Virus record (IMG/VR): IMGVR_UViG_3300037751_000551
Coordinates: 1-35,218 of that record
DNA length: 35,218 nucleotides
DNA from: a virus
Lineage: Duplodnaviria > Caudoviricetes
Strand: one strand, 5' to 3'
Part shown: piece after piece, positions 1-8,738 of the stretch
Position numbering within the stretch: the stretch's first letter is position 1
Layout of the letters: each line of letters opens with the position of its first letter
Position numbers and translations under genes: made by a program
Notes under the pieces: generated by a model
Databases searched by the model: none
The model's input: only the letters and a program-made list of their open reading frames with translations
Told to the model about the DNA's origin: nothing

Positions 1-780
1 TGCGCCACACCCACTGCCGTGCCCTCCGGGCTCCAGGCGATGCCAGAGCCGTTATTCGCCGGGAGCGTGACGGGGTCGGCGTACTTGGCGCCGAAGCCCG
101 CGGCCCACGGCCACACCGTCGCGCACGGCGTCGCGTCGTGCGCCACCCCCAAGGCCGTGCCATCCGGGCTCCAGGCGATGCCACGGCCGACGCCCGCCGG
201 GAGCGTGACGGGGTTGGCGTACTTGGCGCCGAAGCCTGCGGCCCACGGCCACGCCGTCACGAACGGCGTCGTGTCGTGCGCCACCCCCAAGGCCGTGCCG
301 TCTGGGCTCCAGGCGATGCCACGGCCGATGCCCGCCGGGAGCGTGACGGGGTTGGCGTACTTGGCGCCGAAGCCTGCGGCCCACGGCCACGCCGTCACGA
401 ACGGGGCGGTGGCGTGCGCCACGCCAAGCGTCGTGCCGTCAGGGCTCCATGCGATGCCAAAGCCGATGCCCGCCGGGAGCGTGACGGGGTTGGCGTACTT
501 GGCGCCGAAGCCGTCCGCCCATTCCCACGCCGTCACGAACGGGGCGGTGGAGTGCGCCACGCCAAGCGCCGTGCCATCGGGGTTCCATGCGATGCCGTTG
601 CCTTGGCCCGTCGGGAGCGTAGTTGGAGTGGCCACCCGGTAGATGAGCCGCCCGGTCGCAGGATCGCGCCGGTACACGGACACGAAGGGCGTCGTGGCGT
701 GAGCGACGCCCATGTAGCGTCCGTCCGGCGAGTAGGCGATGCCATTGCTCAAGTTCGCCGGGAGCGTAAGTGGATCAGCG
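1..780 (-). repeat. 138-bp (46-codon) tandem repeats in the tail fiber gene
   Basis: Anchor GGGAGCGT recurs at 61, 199, 337, 475 and 613 (138-bp period) and at 760 (divergent first unit). Confidence 0.95.
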
Positions 781-1280
781 ATCTTCACGCCGATGGCCGC
801 GCGGGCGGCGATGATGCCGCTCGCGTGCAGCAGCTCCACGGCGGCTACGGTGCCGGGCGCGATATAGGAGACCGGCGCACCGTCTTTCCACTCCACGTCG
901 CCCGGCAGATAGGCCCGGAAGGCCGTGCTGCCGTCCTGCACCAGCAGCAGCGTGTAGCGCATGCCGGGCTGCGGGTTGGCGAACGTGATCAGGCAGTGCC
1001 CGGTGAGGGTGAGCTTCTGGTAGGGGCTGTCAGTCCAATCGATGGTGATGGCGGCGCCACTGTTTCCGGCGTCGAACAGCACCCGGCCCAGCGCCCTCCC
1101 GAGCTGATCCTGCTGCCCCTTCACCAGCGCGATGCCGGCGCCCTCGATGACGGTGGCCAGCTCCTCCTGCACGTCGTTGGACCAGTCGTCGGTGACCGTC
1201 GTTGGGGCCACCCCCATCTGCGGGTCGCCCTCGGTGAACAGGTTCTGCGCCGTAGCGCCGGGTCCGTCGATCCTGTGCAT
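1..1280 (-). CDS. Tail fiber / receptor-binding protein with tandem WD40-like beta-propeller repeats (3' end beyond window; absent from the ORF track)
   Basis: Hand translation from ATG at 1280 gives MHRIDGPGATAQNLFTEGDP...VTDDWSNDVQEELATVIEGAGI, a typical Mu-like fiber N-terminus. The frame is open to position 1 and follows the gp48-like gene. Repeat unit: LPAGIGRGIAWSPDGTALGVAHDTTPFVTAWPWAAGFGAKYANPVT. Confidence 0.9.
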   Translation of the reverse strand, partial: MHRIDGPGATAQNLFTEGDPQMGVAPTTVTDDWSNDVQEELATVIEGAGIALVKGQQDQLGRALGRVLFDAGNSGAAITIDWTDSPYQKLTLTGHCLITFANPQPGMRYTLLLVQDGSTAFRAYLPGDVEWKDGAPVSYIAPGTVAAVELLHASGIIAARAAIGVKIADPLTLPANLSNGIAYSPDGRYMGVAHATTPFVSVYRRDPATGRLIYRVATPTTLPTGQGNGIAWNPDGTALGVAHSTAPFVTAWEWADGFGAKYANPVTLPAGIGFGIAWSPDGTTLGVAHATAPFVTAWPWAAGFGAKYANPVTLPAGIGRGIAWSPDGTALGVAHDTTPFVTAWPWAAGFGAKYANPVTLPAGVGRGIAWSPDGTALGVAHDATPCATVWPWAAGFGAKYADPVTLPANNGSGIAWSPEGTAVGVA

Positions 1281-1301
1281 TGGGTTCGCTCGCTGGTTGT
1301 G

Positions 1302-1350
1302 ACCCTCTCCTCTTGGAGAGGGTGCGCCGGCAGAGCCGGCGCGGGTGAGG
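1302..1350. repeat. Short double-hairpin palindromic (REP-like) element
   Basis: ACCCTCTCC-tctt-GGAGAGGGT followed by GCGCCGGC-aga-GCCGGCGC and GGGTGAGG, in the intergenic gap before the tail fiber gene. Confidence 0.6.
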
Positions 1351-1881
1351 CTACGCGCTCCAGTCGAAGGTGACCGCCGTGTGCGACGGCTTGAGTTTGA
1401 CGAACAGGGCCTCCAGCTCCGCTTGCAGCTCCGCCGGCGTGGCGGCCGGGCCGCTGACCAGCCAGGTGAAGCGCCAGGTGCCATTGTAGAGGGCCTCGCC
1501 CACGGTGCTGCGCCCCACCTGGAAGGGCAGGTAGGTGCTGATCGTGATCGTCACGCCGGCCGCGGCCGCCAGGCCCAGAAAGTACGCCACGCTGACCCCG
1601 CCCTGGGCATTCATGGCCGCCACGATGGCCGCCCGGCGCTCCGCGTCCGTGCCCTCGCCGGCGAGGCCGAAGTCCAGCTCCCACTCGGGCAGCAGCTCGC
1701 CGGCGGTGCGGGGGTCGGCCTCCTCGATGAGGTCTCCCGCGCGCGCGTCGGCCCGCGCGAACTCCTCCGCCCAGCCGTCCAGCAGCGCCGTCAGCACCGC
1801 GTCCTCGTCCCGCGGCCAGGCCGCGCCCGGGGGCAGCAGCCCTTGCAGCATGCGCCGGTAGTCGGCCTGGGCTATTGCCAT
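1351..1881 (-). CDS. Baseplate wedge protein, Mu gp48 / YmfQ (DUF2313)-like
   Basis: LLPPGAAW and EADPRTAGELLPEWE motifs, C-terminal KPSHT; follows the baseplate J gene. Confidence 0.88.
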   Translation of the reverse strand: MAIAQADYRRMLQGLLPPGAAWPRDEDAVLTALLDGWAEEFARADARAGDLIEEADPRTAGELLPEWELDFGLAGEGTDAERRAAIVAAMNAQGGVSVAYFLGLAAAAGVTITISTYLPFQVGRSTVGEALYNGTWRFTWLVSGPAATPAELQAELEALFVKLKPSHTAVTFDWSA

Positions 1882-2936
1882 GTGATCACCCCCGGCACGG
1901 CTAGTTCATTTGCGCTATGCACGACGTCCGCGACCGGCGAGACCAGCGTGTAGTTCGTCCAGCCCTCGGCGGCGGCGATGGCCCGGTGAATCTGCGCCAG
2001 GTAGAGCGTCGCGCCGGGCACGGCCTCGTCCTGGAGCATGTCCTCGATCTCCGTCTCGATGGCCGCGCGCAGCTCCGCGGTGTCGGGCGCGATCTCCAGC
2101 GTGAGGTCCAGCGCCACGGCCACCGGGGCCAGGGCGTAGACCGTCGCGGTGACCGGCGCGCGCTCGTCGATGTACGCCTGCACGGCGTCCACCAGGGCCT
2201 GGTCGGGGATCGGCCCGCCGGGCGCGTTGTCCGCCGCGATGAACACGCCCACCGTGCCCCCGCCCAGCCACAGCGGCTCGACCCAGGCCCGCGTCACGCC
2301 GGCCACCTCCAGCGCCCAGCGCTCGTAGTCGTGATCGGCGCCGCCAGCGGGCGGGTTCTGGAGGCGCTGGAACAGCCGCGCGCGCAGCTCGTCGTCGCTC
2401 TCGATGTCGAAGCCGCCCGTGAGGCCGTCCACGTCCGCCGTGGCGTCGCTGTCCACGCCGGCGATGGGCGAGACCAGGCTCAGCGTGGAGCCCGCGTCCG
2501 TGTTGCCGGCGAGCCCCGCCTCGACTGCCTCCACCGGCACCGTGGCCTCGCCCGGCGTGGGATCGCCGATCTCCGCCGCGGCCGTGCTGGCGAAGCGCGC
2601 GCCGTCCGAGCGCTGCCACTCGGTGCCCAGCGGGATCGCGGTCGTGTCCGTGCCCGTGGCCACGATGTCGCCGGCCGCCGGCACGGCCACCTTGCGCACG
2701 ATCCCGTAGGGCGCGCAGAGCCGCTCCAGGTAGGCGCCCTCGGCCGTGGCCGCATGGAGCTGGCGCGCCAGGAAGTCCAGGTAGCCGTACACGCTATGCT
2801 GCCCGCCGGCGTTGACGCGCGCCAGCACGTGCACGTTGCTGCGGCGCAGGCGCGCGTCCGTGCCGGGCAGGTGGGCCTCCAGGTCCGCCTGGGTGCGCTC
2901 GATCAGCGCCTGCAGCGTCGGTCTCGCGAAGGGCAT
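1872..2936 (-). CDS. Baseplate J-like protein (Mu gp47)
   Basis: MPFARPTL start, GGFDIESDDELRAR, PPAGGADHDYERWALEVAGVTRAWV. Confidence 0.93.
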   Translation of the reverse strand: MPFARPTLQALIERTQADLEAHLPGTDARLRRSNVHVLARVNAGGQHSVYGYLDFLARQLHAATAEGAYLERLCAPYGIVRKVAVPAAGDIVATGTDTTAIPLGTEWQRSDGARFASTAAAEIGDPTPGEATVPVEAVEAGLAGNTDAGSTLSLVSPIAGVDSDATADVDGLTGGFDIESDDELRARLFQRLQNPPAGGADHDYERWALEVAGVTRAWVEPLWLGGGTVGVFIAADNAPGGPIPDQALVDAVQAYIDERAPVTATVYALAPVAVALDLTLEIAPDTAELRAAIETEIEDMLQDEAVPGATLYLAQIHRAIAAAEGWTNYTLVSPVADVVHSANELAVPGVITWQ

Positions 2937-2937
2937 C

Positions 2938-3408
2938 TTAGACGGCCTCCCAGACCCGCTCGAAGCGGTAGCGCGCCGGGGGCTGGCCCGGGCGGTGAAT
3001 GATTGCCAGCAACGCCAGCGCGTGCGCGTGGGCGGGATCGGCGGGCCGCAGGTGCTCCACGATCACCTCGACGCGCTCGGCCACGCCGTCCTCCACCAGC
3101 CAGGCCAGGGCCTCCTCGGCGTAGGAGCGGGCCAGCGCCAGCACGGCCGCGGTGCCCTTGCTGCGGCTGAGCAGCCACAGCCGGCTCCCGAGACGGTCGC
3201 CGACGGCGGCGGGGTAGGCGTCCGCCCACCAGCCGCGGCGGTCGTCGCTGCCGTCCGGGGGCGCCTCGTCCGGCTCCGCGCGGCGGTCGCTGAACAGGCT
3301 CAGCAGCACGGCCGTCTCCAGCGCGGCGTCCTCGGCCAGGCCGGGCGGGGCGATGGCGTAGTCCATGCGCCGCGCGGCGGCGTCGTAGGCGGTGCGGATG
3401 TCGGGCAT
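2938..3408 (-). CDS. Baseplate protein, Mu gp46-like
   Basis: LETAVLLSLFSDRRA, RRGWWAD, GSRLWLL and YAEEALAWLVEDGVA motifs. Confidence 0.93.
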   Translation of the reverse strand: MPDIRTAYDAAARRMDYAIAPPGLAEDAALETAVLLSLFSDRRAEPDEAPPDGSDDRRGWWADAYPAAVGDRLGSRLWLLSRSKGTAAVLALARSYAEEALAWLVEDGVAERVEVIVEHLRPADPAHAHALALLAIIHRPGQPPARYRFERVWEAV

Positions 3409-3411
3409 GGT

Positions 3412-3567
3412 TTATAGCACCGGGTCGCCGCCGGCCGTGCCGGTCTTGACGTAGTCGTCGATGGCGGTGGCCAGCTCCGCCACGACCTCCTCGGCCGTGC
3501 GCTCGGGGCCGGCGGCGGCGAGGATCGCCAGCAGGTCCGCCTCCAGTTGCGCCTTGTTCAGGGCCAT
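3412..3567 (-). CDS. Small hypothetical protein (51 aa) between the spike and gp46 genes
   Basis: MALNKAQLEADLLAILAAAGPERTAEEVVAELATAIDDYVKTGTAGGDPVL; GGAG RBS; fills the gap between the two genes; too short for the ORF track. Confidence 0.75.
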   Translation of the reverse strand: MALNKAQLEADLLAILAAAGPERTAEEVVAELATAIDDYVKTGTAGGDPVL

Positions 3568-3570
3568 CGC

Positions 3571-4107
3571 CTACTCCACCTTGTGCTGGGCGCTGAGCAG
3601 CGTCGCGGCCAGTCCGGGCACCGTGGGCACGCCCGTGGGATACCCCAGGTTGCCCAGGTGCACGTGGTTGTTCTGCCACGCCAGCAGCGCGTCGCCGAGC
3701 GGAATGGGCTCCGCGGCGCCCGCGCCGATCAGGAAGTTCGTGGCCTCGATCACACAGGAGCCGTCCGCCTTGAAGTGCAGGGAGCTGCCCGACTTGTGGT
3801 AGACCGCCACTTCGCCCGCGGCCAGGCCGGTCTTGCGGTAGCGCCGGTCGTCCAGGGCGATCACCACGCGGTGCCCGGCCGAGCCGCCCACCGCCAGGGC
3901 GATGCCCTCGGCGCCGGCCTCCGGAACGCTGGTGAAGCCGTACTGCTGCACGCGCTCGAGGCCCTGGGTCTCGCCGGCGAGTAGGGTCACCTGCACGCCC
4001 TGGCGCGCCAGGGAGTCGTCGATCAGCGCCAGCACGCAGCGCGCGACCATGCCTTGCAGGCGCCGTTGAACGGGCCTGAACAGCCGTTGCAGTGCGCTTT
4101 GCGTCAC
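3571..4107 (-). CDS. Baseplate central spike (Mu gp45 / gpV-like)
   Basis: GTG start overlapping the upstream stop; QQYGFTSVP, DRRYR, GLAAGEVAVY motifs; C-terminal HVH metal-binding motif. Confidence 0.9.
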   Translation of the reverse strand: MTQSALQRLFRPVQRRLQGMVARCVLALIDDSLARQGVQVTLLAGETQGLERVQQYGFTSVPEAGAEGIALAVGGSAGHRVVIALDDRRYRKTGLAAGEVAVYHKSGSSLHFKADGSCVIEATNFLIGAGAAEPIPLGDALLAWQNNHVHLGNLGYPTGVPTVPGLAATLLSAQHKVE

Positions 4108-5165
4108 GACGCCCCCCCGCCCATGTTGGCCCACATGGGCACGGTCTCCGGCGGCAGGGCGAGGCGCTCGAAGGCGCCCGGGCGGTACAGCGTCAGCTCG
4201 GCCAGCGTGCCCTGCTCGTTCCGGCTGAAGACCACGCCGGCCAGGTGCAGCTCCTCGGCGATGCCCAGCGTGCCGTCCTCGACGTACACGCGCGTGTTGG
4301 GCTCCCACAGGCCGGCCGCGTGGTGCCAACCCACGGTCGTGATCGTCACCCGCGCGCTGCGGCCGCGGCGCACGTTGCGCTCCCAGAAGCCCCGCTCGGC
4401 GTAGCGGCCGGGCAGCAGCCCCGCCTCGGCGGACACCAGCAGCGGCCGGTAGCGGCCCACCCCGGCATCCTGCACCCGGCTCTCCGGCCCGACCAGGGGC
4501 GCCCCACTGAGGCTCGGCCCGGCGTCCTGGCCGCGCACCACGTACAAACCGAAGCGTTCCCGGTGGCTGAGGGCCACGTGGGCGCGCAGAATGTTCGCCC
4601 CCCGCAGCAGGGCAGTCGGCGCGCGCTCGGTGCCTTCGCGGGCGATCTGGAGCCCTCCCCGGCCGTCGCTGACGATGAGCACGCCCGCCAGGCGCGCGGC
4701 GCGCTCGAGGGCCTCGTAGACGGTCTCGCCCGGCTCCAGGGTGAAGGCCGCCAGCGGCTCCAGGCCGCCCACGCGGTCGGTCACCGCGATGCCGAAGGGC
4801 ACGCACAGCACGGCGGCCAGCGCGGGCAGCGGGATCTGCTCGAAGTCGTTGGGCGGGGGCAGGGCCGCGCAGTCCACCAGGTCGCCGGCGGCGTCCCGCC
4901 CGCGCACGGTCAGCTCCGTGCGCTGGGCATCCAGCTGGGCCTCCACGTCGTCCACGTACCCGGCGATGAGGGGCGTGCCATCCACGCGCACCTCGCAGGC
5001 CAGGCCCGGCCGCAGGGCCTGGGGCAGGGCCGCCCCCGGCTCCGGCTCGGTGGCCACGCGCAGCTCGAAGGCGCCGGCGAGCTGCTCGATGGAGCGCTCG
5101 ATGCGCACCGCGAGCCAGCCCGTGTAAATCTGCCCGCCCAGCACCAGCTCCACGTCAGACCGCAT
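4104..5165 (-). CDS. Baseplate hub / tail protein (Mu gp44, P-like)
   Basis: Start MRSDVELVLGGQIYTGW; RSIEQLAGAFEL, GRDAAGDLVDC and GLWEPN motifs. Confidence 0.9.
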   Translation of the reverse strand: MRSDVELVLGGQIYTGWLAVRIERSIEQLAGAFELRVATEPEPGAALPQALRPGLACEVRVDGTPLIAGYVDDVEAQLDAQRTELTVRGRDAAGDLVDCAALPPPNDFEQIPLPALAAVLCVPFGIAVTDRVGGLEPLAAFTLEPGETVYEALERAARLAGVLIVSDGRGGLQIAREGTERAPTALLRGANILRAHVALSHRERFGLYVVRGQDAGPSLSGAPLVGPESRVQDAGVGRYRPLLVSAEAGLLPGRYAERGFWERNVRRGRSARVTITTVGWHHAAGLWEPNTRVYVEDGTLGIAEELHLAGVVFSRNEQGTLAELTLYRPGAFERLALPPETVPMWANMGGGAS

Positions 5166-6351
5166 CGCGCAGCACCTCCAGCTCGATGCCCCCCGGCACG
5201 AATCCCGGGTGGGCCACGCGGTTGCGGGCCACGATCTCGGCCTCGCGCGCCGGGTCGCCGTAGAGCCGCTGCGCCAGCGCCAGCGCCGGCACGGTGACTG
5301 GGGGCGTGAAGCGCACCACGCGGGGCAGCTCGGCGGCCCGGGCGGAGAGGTCCTCGACGACGGCCCCGCGCAGGGCCAGCAGGGCGGCGAGCGCGTCGTC
5401 GTCGCTGGGCGAGCCGTCCACCGGGTCGGTGGCGCCGAGCAGGCCGTCCAGCGCGTCCACCAGCTCGCCTTGCACCGCCAGGGCGTCGGCGCTGGAGCCG
5501 TAGCCGGAGATCTCCGCCGCCGTCGCGCACGCCTCAATCACCGCCGAGCGCCGCACCAGGGCGTTGACGGCCGCCGTGTTGCGGCCGGCCTGGGCGCGGG
5601 TGTCCGTGTCGTAAGGCGGCGTGGGGTCACCGCCGGCGCCAAACAGCCCCTTGTACAGCGCCAGCGCCCGGAACGGCTCGTCGATCAGCGTAGCGATGCG
5701 AGTGATGGCCCCGCTCACCGCCAGGGCCAGCTCGGCGGGCGTGCGGATCAGGTCGGCCGCCGTAGAGGTGATGCCCGCCACGGTCTGCTCGACGGTCTCC
5801 AGCGCCTGCTCCACGGCGCGCTGGGCCCGCGCCACGGCGCGGCCCGCCGCCTTGAACTTGCCGATGAACGCCTGCAACGCGCTCTGCCTGGCGGCCGCGG
5901 CCGCCGTGGCCACGCCCGCCGCGGTGTCGCGGCGCGCGCTCGGAAAGCGCAGCGCGCCGGTTTCCGTGCAGGTGAGCGAGATCGCGGCCAGGCCGCCCTC
6001 GCGCGTGCTCTCGCGGACGCGCACGACGCCGACCTGCACCGTGACGTGGCCCAGGTAGGGGTGCACCAGGCCGCCGGGGCCCTCCCGCTCGCAAGCGGCC
6101 AGCAGGGCGTCGCGCTGGGCCATGTAATCCGCGCCCAGCACGAAGCACTCCAGCGTGAACTGCCGCGCGCGCCGCCCCAGGTCCTCGCTGGCCGGGGTAT
6201 CGCGGCCGGGAAATTCGTGGGTCACCGAGCGCCGCCCGAACTCCCCGCTGGCCCCGTCCACGTGGAAGGGCACGCCGCGGAACGAGGCGGGCTGCAGCCC
6301 CTTGACCCAGGCCCCGGTGCTCTCGTGCGGGGCTCCCAGCAGCTCGGTCAT
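5155..6351 (-). CDS. DNA circularization protein (Mu N / gp43-like)
   Basis: LQPASFRGVPF, HEFPGRD, EDLGR, LVHPYLG and C-terminal HPGFVP motifs. Confidence 0.93.
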   Translation of the reverse strand: MTELLGAPHESTGAWVKGLQPASFRGVPFHVDGASGEFGRRSVTHEFPGRDTPASEDLGRRARQFTLECFVLGADYMAQRDALLAACEREGPGGLVHPYLGHVTVQVGVVRVRESTREGGLAAISLTCTETGALRFPSARRDTAAGVATAAAAARQSALQAFIGKFKAAGRAVARAQRAVEQALETVEQTVAGITSTAADLIRTPAELALAVSGAITRIATLIDEPFRALALYKGLFGAGGDPTPPYDTDTRAQAGRNTAAVNALVRRSAVIEACATAAEISGYGSSADALAVQGELVDALDGLLGATDPVDGSPSDDDALAALLALRGAVVEDLSARAAELPRVVRFTPPVTVPALALAQRLYGDPAREAEIVARNRVAHPGFVPGGIELEVLRDAV

Positions 6352-7856
6352 CGCGCGCTCTCCGGCATCATGGGCCCGGTGTCCACGTCCAGCCCGCGAC
6401 CTTGCAGGCCAGTGACGCGGGCCCGCGTGCCCGGCTCCGCGCGAATCTCGATGGTGACCTTGCCCTCGGGCGCGGCCTGCCCCAGGGCCTGCCGCAGCGC
6501 CTCGACGGTGTACGAGAGCGGCACTCCGCCGGCGCGCGGCTGGCCGCCCCCCGGCCCGGCGAAGCGCTCGAAGCCGCTGGGCCCCAGGTCGACGCCCGCT
6601 TCGGCCGCCAGGCGCGCCTGCTCGGACAGCGGCAAGGCCGGCGCGGCCCGGTTCGCGCGCCAGGGCGCCAGCACGTTCTTCTCCCAGGCCGCCGCGAAGC
6701 CCTCCTCCATCGCCGTGCGCACGAACTCCGCGCCCGTCTTCATGGCCGGGGTGATGCCCTCCTCGATCCTCTTGCCGACGGCGCTGGCCGCCGCGGTGGT
6801 CACCGCGCTGGCCGTCTTGGCGATGCGCGCGGCGTCCGCGGCCGTCTCCCCGCTGGCCTTGACCTGGAAGAACTGCTCCAGGCGGCCCAGCTTGCCGGTG
6901 CGCTGGAATTCGCCGGCCGCGGCGGTGAACGCTCGCAGGGCCTCCGCGTCGAACACCTGGCCCAGCAGCGTCATGCGGCCACCTGTGGCGCGCACAAGCT
7001 CGGCCATCAGCTCGTTGATGGGCCGCAACGTCGTCTCGTCGTCCTCGAAGACGCGGATGCCGTTGCGCTGCAGGACCTTGACCTTGTCCGCGTTCTGGAG
7101 CGTGCGCATCGTCGCCTCGAAGGCGCTCGCGGCCATTTCGGAACTACCGGTGCCCATGCGCATCATCTGCAACGCCGCGCCCATCTCGCGCACTGCCTGG
7201 AGGCCCCCGCGGCCCGAGGCGCTGTAGGCCGCGAACACGCGCGGGCCCAGCGCCGCCAGGTTCTGCAGCGTGAACGCACCCTGCTTGCCCTGGGCGTTCA
7301 GGATGTCCAGCGCCTCCGCCACGGCCTGCGGGCTGCGGATATCCATCTTCTGCAGCTCGGCGGCGAGCGCCCCAATGGCCTCGCCCTCCGCCCCGGTGGC
7401 CTGGATCGCCCGCGCCAGGTTCGCCAGGTTGTCCTCGGCGAAGGCCAGGTCGCCGGTTCTCTCGACGATCTCCTCCACGGCGCTCAGCACCCTCTTCGGG
7501 TCCACGTTGATGTCCGGCCGGAGCGCCACACCCTCCGGCCCGGCGATGCGGTCCCACAGGGCCTGCACGTCCCCGCTGCTGCGCTTGGCCTGCACGCCCA
7601 GGCGCTCGATGCGCTCCTCGGTGGCCATCGCCGCGCGGGCGGCGCTGCGCAAGGCCAGCCCGCCCCCGATCAGCGCGAAGCTGCGCGCGCCGAAGGCCAG
7701 CAAGCCCGAGGAGCTGCCCGCGATCTGGCGATTCATCCGGCTGAACGAGGCCGTCCCCGTGCGCCCGATCCCGCCCACGGCGCGCTGGGCCGCCAGCGCC
7801 CGCCGCTGGAGGTTGCCGGCGAGGTCGATCACCAGGGACGTGCGCAACTCAGGCAT
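6348..7856 (-). CDS. Tail tape measure protein
   Basis: Ala-rich helical 502-aa protein located between the tail chaperone and N genes. Confidence 0.88.
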   Translation of the reverse strand: MPELRTSLVIDLAGNLQRRALAAQRAVGGIGRTGTASFSRMNRQIAGSSSGLLAFGARSFALIGGGLALRSAARAAMATEERIERLGVQAKRSSGDVQALWDRIAGPEGVALRPDINVDPKRVLSAVEEIVERTGDLAFAEDNLANLARAIQATGAEGEAIGALAAELQKMDIRSPQAVAEALDILNAQGKQGAFTLQNLAALGPRVFAAYSASGRGGLQAVREMGAALQMMRMGTGSSEMAASAFEATMRTLQNADKVKVLQRNGIRVFEDDETTLRPINELMAELVRATGGRMTLLGQVFDAEALRAFTAAAGEFQRTGKLGRLEQFFQVKASGETAADAARIAKTASAVTTAAASAVGKRIEEGITPAMKTGAEFVRTAMEEGFAAAWEKNVLAPWRANRAAPALPLSEQARLAAEAGVDLGPSGFERFAGPGGGQPRAGGVPLSYTVEALRQALGQAAPEGKVTIEIRAEPGTRARVTGLQGRGLDVDTGPMMPESAR

Positions 7857-8034
7857 GGCGGGCCACGGTATGAATGGACAGCGTGCGGTGGTAGCGGAAC
7901 AGGTCGCTCAGGGACAGCGCGACGATTTCGGCGCGCGCCCAGCCGGTGTGTCCGGCCAGGCGCAGGATGATCGTATCGAGGTGCTGGCGGGCGCTCAGGA
8001 ACTCCCGGCCGCGCCAGCGGAGCCGGGCTCCCCC
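7849..8034 (-). CDS. Putative -1 frameshift extension of the tail assembly chaperone (gpGT/E'-like)
   Basis: The -1 frame after GGGGGAG (8034-8028) encodes ...IILRLAGHTGWARAEIVALSLSDLFRYH..., and its stop overlaps the tape measure start. Confidence 0.7.
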   Translation of the reverse strand, partial: GGARLRWRGREFLSARQHLDTIILRLAGHTGWARAEIVALSLSDLFRYHRTLSIHTVARHA

Positions 8035-8366
8035 GCGCGCGCCCCTCCCAGGGACGCCGCTTCCAGGCCCAGGGCCGCGCCCTGGAGCGCGTTGAGGTCG
8101 TAGGCCGAGAGCTTGCGCAGCTCGGCCAGGGTCAGCGGCCCGGCGTGGGCACCGATGCGCAGCACCTGGCGCCGCAGCACGTGCAGCCCGAGCAAGGTCT
8201 GGCTGGGCACGATCACCCACTCGCCCTGAGGCGTGGCCACGAGGCGCTCCGCCTCGGCCGTGGCGTCGATCAGGTCGGCGGCAGTGGCCTCGCGCAGCTC
8301 GGCCGTGGTGTGTATGGTCGCGCCCACGGTCAGCCCGTCGCGCAGGGTCAGGGTCGCGGTGGCCAC
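7995..8366 (-). CDS. Tail assembly chaperone (Mu gp41-like)
   Basis: LREATAADLIDATAEAERLV and LRRQVLRIG...LRKLSAYDL motifs; lies between the tube and tape measure genes. Confidence 0.85.
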   Translation of the reverse strand: MATATLTLRDGLTVGATIHTTAELREATAADLIDATAEAERLVATPQGEWVIVPSQTLLGLHVLRRQVLRIGAHAGPLTLAELRKLSAYDLNALQGAALGLEAASLGGARAGEPGSAGAAGSS

Positions 8367-8729
8367 CTAGAGCACCTCGTCCGCGGGTGGGCCCTCGAAG
8401 ATCAGGCGCACGTTGCTGCTGGCGCCGTCGGTCACCTGCGGGGGCTCGGTCAGGTGCGCGTTGGCGATGGAATACGTCTGCCCCGTGTCCGCCTCGAAGC
8501 TGAGCGTGACGGCGGTCGCCTGGCGGAACGTCTCCAGGGACACCTCGGCGGTGAGCAGCACCTGGCACTCCAGGCGCGATTCCTGCGGCTCCTCTGAGTA
8601 GCCCACCACGCGCCCGCTGGACTTGCGGGTGGTGCGCATCACGCCGCCCAGGTTGAGCTGCGCGCCGCCTTCCGTCTCGACGATCTGGCCGTCCATCTTG
8701 ATGAAGGCCCGGCCCAGTACCTTTGCCAT
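8367..8729 (-). CDS. Tail tube protein (Mu gpM-like)
   Basis: 120 aa immediately after the sheath gene; GRAFIKMDG, LNLGG, GYSEEP and FEADTGQTY motifs. Confidence 0.88.
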   Translation of the reverse strand: MAKVLGRAFIKMDGQIVETEGGAQLNLGGVMRTTRKSSGRVVGYSEEPQESRLECQVLLTAEVSLETFRQATAVTLSFEADTGQTYSIANAHLTEPPQVTDGASSNVRLIFEGPPADEVL

Positions 8730-8738
8730 CGTGGCCTC

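Noticed and set aside
1-780. Possible CRISPR array or DGR template/variable repeats
   Set aside because: The repeats are contiguous, in frame and coding with no unique spacers. Differences are not adenine-specific, and no cas or reverse transcriptase gene is in the window
19-1373. Plus-strand ORFs 19-642 and 138-1373
   Set aside because: Antisense shadows of the minus-strand tail fiber, which the ORF track missed because its stop lies outside the window
6348-7856. Short (502-aa) tape measure as a sign of a tailocin or decayed prophage
   Set aside because: The ORF is intact and complete head, packaging and transposition genes are present; it only implies a short tail
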